Below are positions 26,886 through 39,388 of a stretch of 64,000 bases of DNA, piece after piece. This DNA comes from Azolla caroliniana (lineage: Eukaryota; Plantae; Polypodiophyta): positions 20,267-84,266 of the forward strand of contig JBHGNT010000108.1 of the NCBI GenBank assembly GCA_043228905.1, given 5' to 3'. The notes under the pieces were generated by a model. The model was not told the DNA's origin. It worked only from the letters and a program-made list of their open reading frames with translations, and did no database searches. The stretch's first letter is position 1, and every line of letters begins with the position of its first letter. Position numbers and translations under genes: made by a program.

Positions 26886-27130
26886 ATGTGGTCATCCAAG
26901 AATTTCCATGGGATCCCTTTCCTTAGAGCTCTGAGACACTCTAGGGTTTCACCGACAAATAGAAGGCCGAAACCACCTGGAGGTAAGGGAAGGTTCTTCT
27001 CTTTCCGACTCTTATTATTTTGGCTTGAAGGTCTCCATAGTTGGTGTAGCGCTGCTATTAGTAGTAGAGACAGAGGTACCCCAACAATGAGCTCTAGAGG
27101 GATGATGGAGGTGAAGCTCACCATATCCAT
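26886..27130 (-). pseudogene. Duplicated 5' fragment of P450 copy 3
   Basis: [26 protein letters not shown] is near-identical to 25332-25088; truncated at an ATGTG microhomology. Confidence 0.9.
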
Positions 27131-27134
27131 GCGT

Positions 27135-28073
27135 TGTCGCGAAGATTGTGGTTGTGTGTCGCAACCGCTGGGGTTCTGTGACTTGGGTATGAATGGGGTG
27201 AAAACGCGTAATTGCAAACGGTGCAATGACAAGAAGTTGAGAAAGCAAGATAAATGCAACGTTGTCGCGAAAAGAATTTTACTTGTAAAACAACCACTTA
27301 CAATATTTATTTGCCAAAAGTTACTTGGCAAGACTTGAACTCACAAACTCCATTTGAGAAGAAGCATTTGAGATAGACCACTTCAATCTCTCTAGTTTCT
27401 TTTTATTTGTCTTTCTCTTTTACTTTATATATATGCTAAATTTATATTACAAAATTTAATTACCAAAAGAAATTGTTTGAAGAGGATTCAAACTCATGAC
27501 CTTTTGTTTACAAAGAGACATTTGAGATACACCACTTTAACTTCTTCCTTTTCTTATAGGCCCTTTCTTTTCTTTAACTCTTCTGTTGATTTATGCAGGC
27601 CACCATCTTCTTTGGCGAGCTCTGCATCCCATACCCACGCGAGCTTCTTCACTCGCTTTTCCTTCTCTTCCTTCTCCTTCTCCTCCTCCCTTCCCTTTAG
27701 CCACCATAGGCGTGGCTTATATAGGGTGTTCAACCACCCTATCACCCTCTTCAGGCGGTTGTATTTTAATTTTAATTTTAATTTAATTTAATTTAATTTT
27801 CTTTATTTATTGATGCTACAATTCAGTTTTATAGTTCTATATTTAAGAAATTATAGAAATAGCCCTTATTTAATTTTGACTCCCCCTTTTGACATAATTA
27901 CATTTTTGTCCCAAGTAACATTAATCCTTCCAAAGCTTGTATCTTGGGCTTCTGAACTTCGATTCACGAACCGAAAATTCTTTCATGCTCTTTGTCATAA
28001 GCTCCAGATGGGAAATGTACTTCTATAGATTTTTGACATTGTTTTCACATCGTGAAGTGTCAACTTCACGACA
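27135..28073. mobile_element. Solo LTR with gypsy-family termini and 4-bp TSD
   Basis: TGTCGCGAAG...CTTCACGACA, flanked by GCGT / GTGT. The empty site at ~25329-25345 reads ccatgtgtcacc. Confidence 0.78.
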
Positions 28074-28117
28074 GTGTCACCAATAGTAGCGATAGTTCTC
28101 CTTCTTCTTGTCTAATC

Positions 28118-28605
28118 TGTTTTGTTGTCCTTCCTCATGGAGAAGAAGTCCTAATGGTATTTGGGCTTCATTAGTTACCATTTGGTAGGCCCAAATGATA
28201 GCCCCAATTTACATGAAATCTTATCTAAATAGACCTTTATATTTAAGAGGAAACAACAAATGTGAGAATAAAAAGAGAAGAAAAGAAGCCGTCGAAATTC
28301 AAATAACTAAAAATATCCTGGTGTTGTGGCACCTGAATTTTATCTGCTTTGATCGACGACTAGTGATATCTAGGGAGGTTGTACCCGGTTGTAAACTGAA
28401 TTATAGTGGAAGTTATGGTACCCTAAGGGTCTTGTTCTTTTTTCCTTGATATGGGGTTTCCATGTAAAAGTCTTCTGTGTTCGATTGTTATTATTTATTT
28501 CCTGTCGTATCGGCTATTACTTCTTGTCCACTTGCCCACTAGATCTTGTCATTGTTTGTAGAACGTGGTCGGTTTGTTTTATTGATTCGGATTCTACGCA
28601 TTTAA
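28118..28605 (+). mobile_element. Internally deleted copy of the upstream solo LTR
   Basis: Homologous to 22621-23362. Confidence 0.65.
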
Positions 28606-29197
28606 CAATATGTGTCGATGAACATTGAAAAATATGTGTGACAATAATACATCCAAAGACACATATGATTCTTTTTCACCATAACCACACCATACACATA
28701 TGCATCCAACGATGTCACCATCCCTCCATGAAGTCCTTAATATATTTCTACATGTACAAAAATAGTGTTGTGAATATGTGTATTTCTACATGTTTGCAAA
28801 CCTTTTTTCAAAGATAGTAACCAATTTCTAAATCATTATTGGAATGGGATCAACGTCCACCACATCTTGATTGTCACTGAACTAATGTAAAGGGTCTTGT
28901 TGAACCAAGAAAAAGGGTCCAGATTATCTATCATTCCTTCTCAAAACATGCCCAACAAAATATGATAGCAAATTTTTTGGAATGCTAGTTGAGGAACTTC
29001 CTAGATTGGCAACATTCCAAACATGCCCCAATATAGGCAAATCTTCTAGTATGCCCCAACTTATAAATTTGAGATTTGCCCAACATTTTACTAAATGAAT
29101 GCTCGAGCCCTACGTTTTTCATATGTGATTACTTAACTTTATAGAATTTGAAGCTTAGCCTTGCAAAATCAATATAATTATTTGTTAAAGTGAAAAG

Positions 29198-29757
29198 TAG
29201 TAATGGGCACGGTTTCGGCTCAAACCGAACCGAACCATTAAGCCATGGTTTAATGATTTATTGGTTCCAAAAAAATTTAATGGTTTGGTTTGGTTTGGAT
29301 TTTCGATAAATTGTTCGATTTGGTTCTAAAACTTGGGTTTTTGGGTTTGGTTTAAAGGCTTATAGGTTTTTGGTTAACTTTTGTTTTACCTTAATAGTTT
29401 TTATTGATTTAATTCATTTAACTTAAATGTTTATTTAATTTAATGGTTCAATTAAAGTTTCTTTTATTGATTTAATAAATTTAACTTAAATGCTTATTTA
29501 ATTTAATGTATTTTTGTTTATTTAGATGTTTAATTAGTTTTTACGTGGTTAGGTTTAAATTTTTTATTAAATGGTTCGGTTTAGTTTCAACTTTTCCCTA
29601 AACGGTTTGGTTTCAACTATTTCTTAAATAGTTTGGTTTCAATACTGAGATTTCATAAATGGTTTGGTTTGGTTTTTGTTTTAAATAATCGGGGTTCGGT
29701 TTCGATTCAGTTCGGTTTCTTTGCCTTGAAACCGAAACCGAACCGGGCCCATTGCTA
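29198..29757. mobile_element. Non-autonomous hAT-type MITE
   Basis: TIR TAG(T/C)AATGGGC(A/C)CGGTT, 8-bp TSD GTGAAAAG / ATGAAAAG, subterminal AACCG repeats and an AT-rich core. Confidence 0.85.
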
Positions 29758-30145
29758 ATGAAAAGTATCAAGGATCTTTCTTGTTCTTCATAACACGTCA
29801 TAGATTTGAAATCTAAAATATCCAAAGATTTGCACATTTTGTCTCACAAGCTTATGGTTTCAAATAGTATTGTAAGTGTCATGTATGAGACTTGAACCCA
29901 CAACTTTACATATCAACCAATTTCTACAAAATTTTCAATATGTGTGATATATTATTGCATTACATGTTGACTCAAATGACCAACATGACTTTCATGCATC
30001 ACACATTAACACATATGTGCCAAGTGGTGGTCACACATCGGATGCACTCCGATGGACATGTAGTCTTATTTGAACACCCATTTAAGGAGAGGGAATCAAA
30101 TGATCTAGGCAACAAAGACAATACATTCAAGTTCCTCACACAATA

Positions 30146-30880
30146 TATTCCCTCCTCCTGATGCTCGTATCTGCCAACTGGGGTCTGCTATGATAGCCAA
30201 CATATATTTCCCCACTTGATTGAGCCTGGCACCTCGCATAATTGCAACAAGCAGCCAACCCCCCGCCATATTTGATGGGACGTTGGGCAGTCCCACAGAG
30301 TCTCTGTGTCATATTGATTCTACTCCAATTGGAGACTCTACACAATTAGGAGAGCTAACGTGCCCACGTTGCCATGCTCCCACCGGTAGTGACTTATGTA
30401 TTAATAGCCATTGGAACGTGGTAATTCGCCTTGCGTGTTGTTGTTTCTAGATTTTCTCCCTAAACTTGGTGATAATGGTGTGAGGAACTTGATATGTGTG
30501 CCAGACCTTTGTAGCAGTCGGCTCTCGGGCAGTTTGAGCAGCTAGGATGTGGCGACCCAATCTAATTGTGAATTGGAAGAACAGGATGGGTTGGCTTCCT
30601 TGCTCCACGTAAGGATCACGCCATGTTCATTGCAAAGGTTCCCAACTGACCTTACGTAGCCATGTGTTTTTCATGAGTACATATGTGCCAATCGGGTTGT
30701 ACTTTGATCGGATCAGGATCTACAATCCATTTATGACCAGTGTACGTGAGTACTCGAATTGCGTTATTCTGTGTTGGTGGCTTAATGTCTCGCAATTCAG
30801 AGCCTGCACAAGATTTGTGCCAATTGATCATGGCATTGGATCTCTTACAAAATACGGCTAACCCACTTTCGAGCTTTTGC
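30146..30880 (-). mobile_element. Internally deleted duplicate of the L1 fragment
   Basis: Matches 12357-13010 joined to 14020-14093. Confidence 0.85.
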
Positions 30881-32994
30881 ATAATAAAAAACTACTAAGA
30901 GAAACCGTCTACCTACTAAACTAAATATTGAACGCATAATCTAAGCCTCTAACACCACAATTTGAGTCCACACCCCATCCTCTCTAGTTTTAGTACCTGG
31001 TGGTTCCGCTTATGGTTCACACGCATGCGCGTAACTTTGCGACAACATTTCTTTCTCAATGACAATGTCATTCTCAATTACAACACTTATCACTGAAATT
31101 CTTAAACATCAAGATTCACAACTCAATTTCACACATGCTACGTATAAAAATGATTCATCTTTAGTTCCCATTGGTTATATTTCACCGTTTGAAGATTATA
31201 TCAAAAACGTTTGCGTGAAAGACAATTATATTACTAAATGTTTGTGAAAAACACTAGATCAGTGCCATAATTGAGTGGTGAGATTGAATCGCTAATAGGC
31301 AAGATAAATACTTTGTCATGAAAATAATATTTGACTTCGTCAAATTAACAAAATTGTCAAATCTATACTCCCTACATCTTTCGTAGGTATGTTATAAGTC
31401 ACTAATATCCGAGTTATGATGCACAATCATTTTTGGTTCATATGGTTAAGAACCGGCGTCAAACATTTTTCACAATCTAGTGTTGATTTTATCATTGAGC
31501 CGGAAGAGACAACTATATGGTAGATCCATGGAAATTTTCTTCCCACATCGTTTAAGTCTAAAAATATTTTCTTCATCATTCCATAACCCCCCTTATTTTG
31601 CAAGTAAACTAAAATTGAATAAAACCAATGGACTATTGTTTGGAGAAATAAATGTATAGATAACATGCTCCTAGTTGTGAATGCAGAAGCTACTCTTGTT
31701 GTTGCAATGTTCAAAGGACAATGTGGTTGCGAATCGAATCATGTAATGCAAGGCTCCAAGAGGATAGGAAGCCCCTTGACAATGAAGAGCATAGGGTTCA
31801 TTGATATGAGTTCATTGCAGGTCATGGTGGCTATAGAAGTTTTGGTATCATATGGCCTGCAAAGAGCAACACCAGGATGTTGTCCTTCACCTGCTTATTG
31901 GAGAAAGGGTTTCCATGTTGCTCATCTGTATATGCCAGAAAGCCAGAGAAGATGTCTTCATGTCTAGTGACCAAGCCAACGCCCATATTCCTCTTCTCCT
32001 CGATCCATACCTGCAATTGCTTTCTTATCACATCCGAAGCTGCGAGGGCTTTGCTATATATATTGTTCCTAGGATGTTGATTGGCAGCTGAAAGAGGCGA
32101 TGTACCACATCTTGATCTTCTCTGTCCGCTATACCAATGAAAACCTCCCAAGCTATGGAGAATATGAGCTTCTTCATGAGGGGGAAGAGAGCAACCTTAG
32201 ATTGGCCTTCAAGATGATCTCTTATGAATGCGAGCGCAATGAGATCGACACGGCTCATGTATCTTTGCAAGGATTCAGGCCGCAAGAACAACATAAGTGC
32301 ATTCCGTATGGTATGCGAGTGGCACTATGTCCGACACACGCCATGGGGGATTCATTGCCGAGAATAGAAGCAACACTAATGGGCCATGATGTATAGCTGT
32401 TAGAGAAGGTTGCGTTGTTACCCAACGGGCTAACAAGGACTATTGTCGAAGAATCCATTAAGCTCGCCTTGAAGGTCTCTGCATAGGCTGAGATGCGGTC
32501 ATCGAAGAATTTCCACAAGTTCCCTTTGCGTAGAGCTCCCAGACACTCTTGGGTTTCACCAACAAAGGGAAGGTCGGAACAGCCCGGGGGTAATGTTATA
32601 ATTTCAACTCAAACGGATTAAGTTACAAAAACTTAGACACAAACAAAAAGAAAAGAAGTAGCACATGATTTACGTGGAAAACCTTGATTTTAGGGGAAAA
32701 CCACGGGAACAGAAATTTCCATTATGAGATAAGACGAAATACAATCATAGAGTGATAGAACTTGATTTGGTATGGTTGTACCCTAAAACCACAATTTTAG
32801 CCGAGTGCACCAAACCCTGACTCGTAGGTATCTATCTCTTTCGAAGCCTACATGTCTTCTTGGTATGTATTTTCTTTTCTTTCTGTTACACCCTTCTTCC
32901 TTTATTTCCTCTCACGCTCAGCTTCTGAGCTATGGCACTCACACAACCACTACTGTGTTAGCTCTCTATCGTTCTCTGTGTCGCACTACTCTTG

Positions 32995-35900
32995 TGTTGG
33001 GATTACGGTCCCTTTCGGATGGGATGGTCGGATATCGGAGATGAATGCCGACAAGCCCGGTTTCGGTTTCGGATCCGGATGACGAAGACCCCGGCTTCGG
33101 TGCCGGATGACGAATGTACCCGAAGAGCGATCCGGATGCAGGGACATATCCGTGAATATGTTCGCTACGAGCCCCCTGAGGCTATAGTTGTAAATAGCCC
33201 AAAGTCATATAAGTATAAATATGACTTAGGGCAAACAGTTTTTCTGTTGCTCATTATTTTTCTGTTTTTCCACTCAAGAGGAGTGAAGAGGGAGCAGCCG
33301 TGAGAGAGAGAGAGAGAGATAGAGCGCGAGAGAGGAAGAGGTAGACGCCTCTGTGTATTTCCGCCGCCTGTGGCGAGGACAGCGAGCTCAAGGTCGTTGC
33401 CTTGCAGCTCGCCATTGTATATTTCTCTGTGCATAGTTTGGTTCGGAGTCTCGCACTCCCGTGGTTTTTCCCGTATAGGGTTTTCCACGTTAATCCCTGT
33501 GTATCGCGTCTTTCTCTGTATTTCCTATTTTCTGCTACATTGATCCGCGATTATTCGGTTGTGGCCGAGTGGTGAAGGTGAATCCAAGCGTTGATTCCCA
33601 ACAAACTGGTATCAGAGCGTCTGTTGCAGAAAATGGAAGGCGGCGGCAGCGGGCAGCCGATGATGATGGTGCTGAATGCACAGAATTACGCCGACTGGAA
33701 GATCAAGATGGAGGATCTTCTGATTGTTCGGGACCTGTACGAACCGATTGACAGGTCGGAAATACCGAAAGGGGTACTTGAGTCGGAGTGGAAGCTCCTG
33801 AACCGGAAAGCCGTAGCGACGATCCGACAATACGTCGATGTAAGCGTCCTACAACATGTGGCGAACGACACCAACGCATACGAGATGTGGAAGAAGCTGT
33901 CGGGCCTCTATGAGAGGAAGAATGCGTTGAACCGGACCTCCCTGATGAGGAAGATAGTGAATCTCAAGTACCGGGACGGCGAGAGTATGGTAGAACACGT
34001 AAGCACGTTCATGGGATTCGTGAATCAGCTTGCGGCGATCAAGTTCCCGCTGGAGGATGCAATGCAAGCCATCATCCTGATGTGTACATTGCCGGAAAGC
34101 TGGGAGAACTTGGTGGTGACTCTCAGCACCTCGTGCACCGAAGATAACTTGTCCTTACAAACGGTAAAGACAAGTATTCTGAATGAAGAAGCGCGTCGGA
34201 GAGATAAGGAACCGGCCTCCGACCCGAAGATGCTGTTTACCGAATCGGATCGGGGAAGACAGTGGAACCGGAGTCCGCAAAGACGGGAGAAGTCGGGGAC
34301 CCGGTCGCAGTCAAGAGGAAGGCCAACATGCTTCCACTGTGGGAAGCCGGGGCACTTCCGGAAGAACTGTCGGCATTACCGAAAAGACAACGGAGCCGAC
34401 GACACCGACTCGAAGAAGTCACCGGAGAGAAACGGTGCATACCGGGGAGCCACGGACCGGAGAGGTTCGGATCGGCGAGGGCAGGACCGGAAAGGAACAA
34501 CGGCACTCGCGGCAAGTGAGGAAGAAATCATGCTCATCACCGAAGAAGGTGAGCTAAACGTTGCCGGCGATGAGACGACCTGGGTGGTCGATTCCGGAGC
34601 ATCGTTCCACCTGACCCCGGAGAGAAGATACTTCTCATCCTACACAGCCGGTGAGCATGGCTGTGTTCGGATGGGAAATGAAGGTACGTGCCGGATTGCC
34701 GGCATAGGAGACGTGTGGTTGACAACCCCGACCGGATGCAAAATGCTGCTGAAAGATGTCCGACACGTTCCGGAGGTCCGATTGAACCTGATCTCGGCCG
34801 GGAGGCTAGATGATGAAGGCTACACGGGTAGCATCCGGAACGGTGTCATGAAGTTCAGCAAGGGGAGCCTGATAGTGGCTCGGGCCCGGAAGGTCAACAC
34901 ACTGTACCTGATGAATGCCCGGTTATGTCCGGAAGAGCTGAATGTGGCAGCCGACACTGCCGGTGAGCTGTGGCACAAAAGACTGTGCCACATGAGTGAG
35001 AAGGGGATGAAGAGGCTTGCAGAAGACAACCTCATCCCAGTGAAGCACGTGCACCTGGAGAAGTGCACCGATTGCCTGGCCGGTAAGCAGAACCGAACCT
35101 CCTTCCACTCAAGGCCACCGACGAGACGTAGCGCACCATTGGAGTTGGTGCACACTGACGTGTGTCAGGTAGAGACGAAGTCACATGGCGGAGCCCAGTA
35201 CTTCGTAACATTCATCGATGATCATAGCCGAAAACTGTGGACGGCACCGATGAAGACAAAGGACCAAGTGTTGTCCGTCTTCAAAGAACTCCACGCGAGA
35301 GTGGAAAGGGAATCCGGCAAGAAGCTGAAAGCGATACGAGCGGATAACGGAGGGGAATACCGAGGGCAGTTCCAGGAGTACTGTCGCTCGAAGGGAATCC
35401 GACTCGAGTTTACTGTGCCGAAGACGCCGGAACTGAACGGGCTGGCCGAGAGGATGAACCGGACCATAATGGAGCGGGTCCGGAGTATGCTGGCGCATGC
35501 GAAATTACCCAAGGGGTTTTGGGCTGAGGCAATGTCGACGGCGACATATGTGATAAACAGATCACCCTCAGTTCCTTTGGACGGAGACACGCCGCAGAGA
35601 GTGTGGACCGGTAAGGAAGTGTCCTACCGGCATCTGAAGGTGTTCGGGTGTCTCGCATACGTGCATGTGGCAAAGGACCGGAGAGGAAAGCTAGATCCTA
35701 AGACCCGGCCATGCATATTCCTCGGTTACGGCGACGACGAGTTCGGCTACCGAGTATGGGACCCGGTCGACAAGAAGATATTCCGGAGTCGTGATATCAT
35801 CTTCATGGAGAACAAGACGCTCGCCGACTGGGAGTCGGAGAAGAAGATGAAGAGCTCCAAGTCGATCGGTGAGGATCAACTCTACGAGGAGCAGTCCCGA

Positions 35901-38324
35901 CCGGCAAGGGACCGGTTAGCACTCGAGGATCCGGCCGAAGACGGTGAAGAAACAGAACCGGCCGAAGAAGATGAAAATGATACCGGAACCGGCCCCGATC
36001 CCGAAATGGATTCGGATGAAGAAGAAGAATCGGAAGAACCGGTTACCGAAGCTCCGGAACGGAGATACCCTCTAAGAGAGAGAAGGGCCCCCCGGAGATT
36101 TCCGGAACCAGAGCACGTGTTGCTAACCGACGAGGGGGAGCCGGAGAGCTTTGAAGAAGCAAAGCATGACACCCAGAGCCGCAGGTGGTTGAGTGCCATG
36201 CAGGACGAGATGGATTCCCTGCATGAGAACCACACATATGAACTTGTGGAGTTGCCGAAAGGAAAGCGGGCACTGCGAAACAAGTGGGTGTTCAAGCTGA
36301 AACCGGGAGATGCCGGAAACCCCCCGAGATACAAAGCCAGGATCGTGGTGAAGGGGTTTCAGCAGAAGAAGGGCGTCGACTTCGACGAGATATTTGCCCC
36401 GGTAGTGAAGATGACCTCCATCCGGACGGTGCTGAGCATAGCGGCAAGCATGGACCTCGAGGTAGAACAGATGGACGTGAAGACGGCATTCCTTCACGGT
36501 GACCTCGAAGAAGAGATCTACATGCAGCAACCGGAAGGATTCGAGAAGAAAGGGAAGGAGCACCTGGTATGCCGGTTGAAGAAGAGCCTTTACGGACTGA
36601 AGCAGGCTCCCCGGCAATGGTACCGGAAGTTCGACTCCTTCATGACCGACGAAGGGTACCTCAAAACGCAGTCCGACCACTGCGTGTTTGTGAAGAAGTT
36701 CGAAGGAGGAGACTCCCTAATACTCCTCCTGTACGTGGACGACATGTTGATCGTCGGACGGGACCAGGTCAAGATACGGATGCTGAAGAAGGCTCTTCAC
36801 CGAACCTTCTCAATGAAGGACCTGGGTCCGGCGAGGCAAATACTAGGGATGCACATCATCCGGGACCGGAGCAAGAAGCAGTTGTGGCTGTCACAAGAGA
36901 AGTACGTGACAAAGGTGCTTCAACGGTTCAACATGTCGGAAGCAAGACCGGTCGGATCAACCCTACCGGCAAACTGCAAGTTGTCCAGCAAGCAAAGTCC
37001 CAAGACAAAGGCTGAAAAGGAGGATATGATGAAAGTGCCGTATGCCTCAGCTGTCGGGAGCTTGATGTACGCCATGGTGTGTACGAGACCGGACATCGGA
37101 TATGCAGTCGGAGTGGTGAGCCGGTACATGAGCAATCCCGGCAAAGAGCATTGGAACGCGGCCAAGTGGATACTCCGATACCTGAAGGGCACGGCAAACG
37201 TGTGCCTCCGATTCGGCTCCGGTAAGCCCGAACTCGAAGGCTTTACTGATTCTGATATGTCGGCTGATGCAGATACCAGCCAGTCCACATCAGGGTATGT
37301 GATGACGTATGCAGGGGGAGCTGTTTCGTGGCAGTCGAGGCTGCAGAAGACGGTTGCGTTGTCAACCACGGAGGCGGAGTACATGGCGGCTGTTGAAGCC
37401 GGCAAGGAAATAATATGGATGAAGGACTTCATTAGAGAGCTCGGTATCCGGCAAGAGGAGTACCGACTCTACTGCGATAGTCAGAGTGCCATCCACCTTG
37501 CGAAGAACGCGGCCTACCATTCCCGGACGAAACACATCCAGCGTAGATACCACTGGATCCGGGAAAGGATAGAGGACAAGGAGTTCGTGCTGACGAAGAT
37601 CCACACGGACGAGAACGGGTCGGATATGCTGACCAAGGTCCTCACACCCGACAAGCTGGAAGCATGCCGGAAGAGGGTCGGATTGGAGAGACATCCCATG
37701 CCGAAGTGAAGGGGGAGTTTGTTGGGATTACGCTTTCGGATGGGATGGTCGGATATCGGAGATGAATGCCGACAAGCCCAGTTTCGGTTTCGGATCCGGA
37801 TGACGAAGACCCCGGCTTCGGTGCCGGATGACGAATGTACCCGAAGAGCGATCCGGATGCAGGGACATATCCGTGAATATGTTCGCTACGAGCCCCCTGA
37901 GGCTATAGTTGTAAATAGCCCAAAGTCATATAAGTATAAATATGACTTAGGGCAAACAGTTTTTCTGTTGCTCATTATTTTTCTGTTTTTCCACTCAAGA
38001 GGAGTGAAGAGGGAGCAGCCGTGAGAGAGAGAGAGAGAGATAGAGCGCGAGAGAGGAAGAGGTAGACGCCTCTGTGTATTTCCGCCGCCTGTGGCGAGGA
38101 CAGCGAGCTCAAGGTCGTTGCCTTGCAGCTCGCCATTGTATATTTCTCTGTGCATAGTTTGGTTCGGAGTCTCGCACTCCCGTGGTTTTTCCCGTATAGG
38201 GTTTTCCACGTTAATCCCTGTGTATCGCGTCTTTCTCTGTATTTCCTATTTTCTGCTACATTGATCCGCGATTATTCGGTTGTGGCCGAGTGGTGAAGGT
38301 GAATCCAAGCGTTGATTCCCAACA
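32995..38324 (+). mobile_element. Intact Ty1/copia element A (Tnt1/Tork-like)
   Basis: LTRs 32995-33603 and 37720-38324 are near-identical. TSD TCTTG, iMet PBS TGGTATCAGAGC (33607-33618), PPT gaagggggag. Confidence 0.97.
33633..37709 (+). CDS. Copia A Gag-Pol polyprotein, 1358 aa, uninterrupted
   Basis: CCHC knuckle CFHCGKPGHFRKNC, protease VVDSGAS, integrase (WHKRLCH, HTDV, ADNGGE, GLAER), RT LLYVDD, RNase H TDSD..RTKHI, in copia domain order. Confidence 0.97.
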   Translation: MEGGGSGQPMMMVLNAQNYADWKIKMEDLLIVRDLYEPIDRSEIPKGVLESEWKLLNRKAVATIRQYVDVSVLQHVANDTNAYEMWKKLSGLYERKNALNRTSLMRKIVNLKYRDGESMVEHVSTFMGFVNQLAAIKFPLEDAMQAIILMCTLPESWENLVVTLSTSCTEDNLSLQTVKTSILNEEARRRDKEPASDPKMLFTESDRGRQWNRSPQRREKSGTRSQSRGRPTCFHCGKPGHFRKNCRHYRKDNGADDTDSKKSPERNGAYRGATDRRGSDRRGQDRKGTTALAASEEEIMLITEEGELNVAGDETTWVVDSGASFHLTPERRYFSSYTAGEHGCVRMGNEGTCRIAGIGDVWLTTPTGCKMLLKDVRHVPEVRLNLISAGRLDDEGYTGSIRNGVMKFSKGSLIVARARKVNTLYLMNARLCPEELNVAADTAGELWHKRLCHMSEKGMKRLAEDNLIPVKHVHLEKCTDCLAGKQNRTSFHSRPPTRRSAPLELVHTDVCQVETKSHGGAQYFVTFIDDHSRKLWTAPMKTKDQVLSVFKELHARVERESGKKLKAIRADNGGEYRGQFQEYCRSKGIRLEFTVPKTPELNGLAERMNRTIMERVRSMLAHAKLPKGFWAEAMSTATYVINRSPSVPLDGDTPQRVWTGKEVSYRHLKVFGCLAYVHVAKDRRGKLDPKTRPCIFLGYGDDEFGYRVWDPVDKKIFRSRDIIFMENKTLADWESEKKMKSSKSIGEDQLYEEQSRPARDRLALEDPAEDGEETEPAEEDENDTGTGPDPEMDSDEEEESEEPVTEAPERRYPLRERRAPRRFPEPEHVLLTDEGEPESFEEAKHDTQSRRWLSAMQDEMDSLHENHTYELVELPKGKRALRNKWVFKLKPGDAGNPPRYKARIVVKGFQQKKGVDFDEIFAPVVKMTSIRTVLSIAASMDLEVEQMDVKTAFLHGDLEEEIYMQQPEGFEKKGKEHLVCRLKKSLYGLKQAPRQWYRKFDSFMTDEGYLKTQSDHCVFVKKFEGGDSLILLLYVDDMLIVGRDQVKIRMLKKALHRTFSMKDLGPARQILGMHIIRDRSKKQLWLSQEKYVTKVLQRFNMSEARPVGSTLPANCKLSSKQSPKTKAEKEDMMKVPYASAVGSLMYAMVCTRPDIGYAVGVVSRYMSNPGKEHWNAAKWILRYLKGTANVCLRFGSGKPELEGFTDSDMSADADTSQSTSGYVMTYAGGAVSWQSRLQKTVALSTTEAEYMAAVEAGKEIIWMKDFIRELGIRQEEYRLYCDSQSAIHLAKNAAYHSRTKHIQRRYHWIRERIEDKEFVLTKIHTDENGSDMLTKVLTPDKLEACRKRVGLERHPMPK

Positions 38325-39388
38325 TCTTGCAATACCTTCTATATATATATCCCTCACACACTCACTTACTCACTCTTATTCACTTTCACACTTTACTCAC
38401 TATTTTAGTGAGTTATCCCACATACAAACACAGCCAGTTCGACTCTCACTATATATACTAACTCTTCTCATTCACAAATGTATGTATATATGTATATGTT
38501 CATTCGAATTTCTATTCGACCGAATCCCGTTTTGGCTTTCTTAATGAATTCGGCCAATTGACTCTCGTTTTGGCTTTTCGACCGATTTCAACCAGCCGAC
38601 TCTCATTTTGGCTTTTCGACCGATTTCAGCCAGCCGACTCTCGTTTCAGCTTTTCGGCCAATTTCGGTCAACTGACTCATTTCGACTTCTAAGTTAATTT
38701 CGACCAGCCAACTCCCCCGCAAGGAGGGACAACCTTACATAACAGGTAAGGGAAGTTCTTCTCTTGTTGACTCTTATTCTTCTTGCTTGAAGGTCTCCAT
38801 AATTGATGCAACCCTGCCATGAGGCGTAGTAGAGACAGAGTAACCCCAACAATGAGCTCTGCAAGGACGGTGGAGGTGAAGCTCCCCATAGTTATGCTTC
38901 ACCAACGGTAGCGATAGTTCTCATTCTTCTTCTTCCTCTGTCCAATATGTTGTGTTTTCCCTCCTCATGGGAGAGAGAAGTCGCAATGATATTTGGGCTT
39001 CATTGGTTACCATCTGGTAGGCCACAATGATGCCCTAGTTAAATGGAAGTTTTATCTTGAAAGACCCTTATCCCACTTTAAAAGGAAATCTTATCTAGAA
39101 AGACCCTTATATTTAAGAAGAAGAGGGGAAAAAGTGGCTTTCTAGAGCGAAGAGAGAAGCTCCAAAAGTGAGAAGAAAGAAGAGGTAGAAATAAATAAAT
39201 AAACGCATGTATTGTGGCACCTAAATTTGACCTCCTTCGATCGACGGCCATACAAACTCCAATTTCGGTTGAAATTTAGAGGAGTTGCTCTTACCATCAA
39301 GAAACTCATATCTAACGGTTGGATTACGATTTCCTGTCCTCTAGGTCAAGTTTTATTGATTTATGTCTCTTACTCTTCTTGTTGTTTA

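Larger units (their letters stand above)
32594..38744 (-). mobile_element. Solo LTR, paralogue of 15948-22416 (contains copia A)
   Basis: TGTTATA...CATAACA, TSD GGTAA (32589-32593 / 38745-38749). Confidence 0.88.
31739..38895 (-). pseudogene. P450 copy 4 (split: 38895-38745 plus 32593-31739)
   Basis: Same deletions and same solo-LTR insertion as copy 2. Confidence 0.88.
30146..39388 (+). repeat. Segmental duplicate of ~12357-23061
   Basis: Collinear L1 fragment, intergenic block, P450 pseudogene, solo LTR and upstream LTR. The two copies differ by their nested insertions. Confidence 0.9.
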
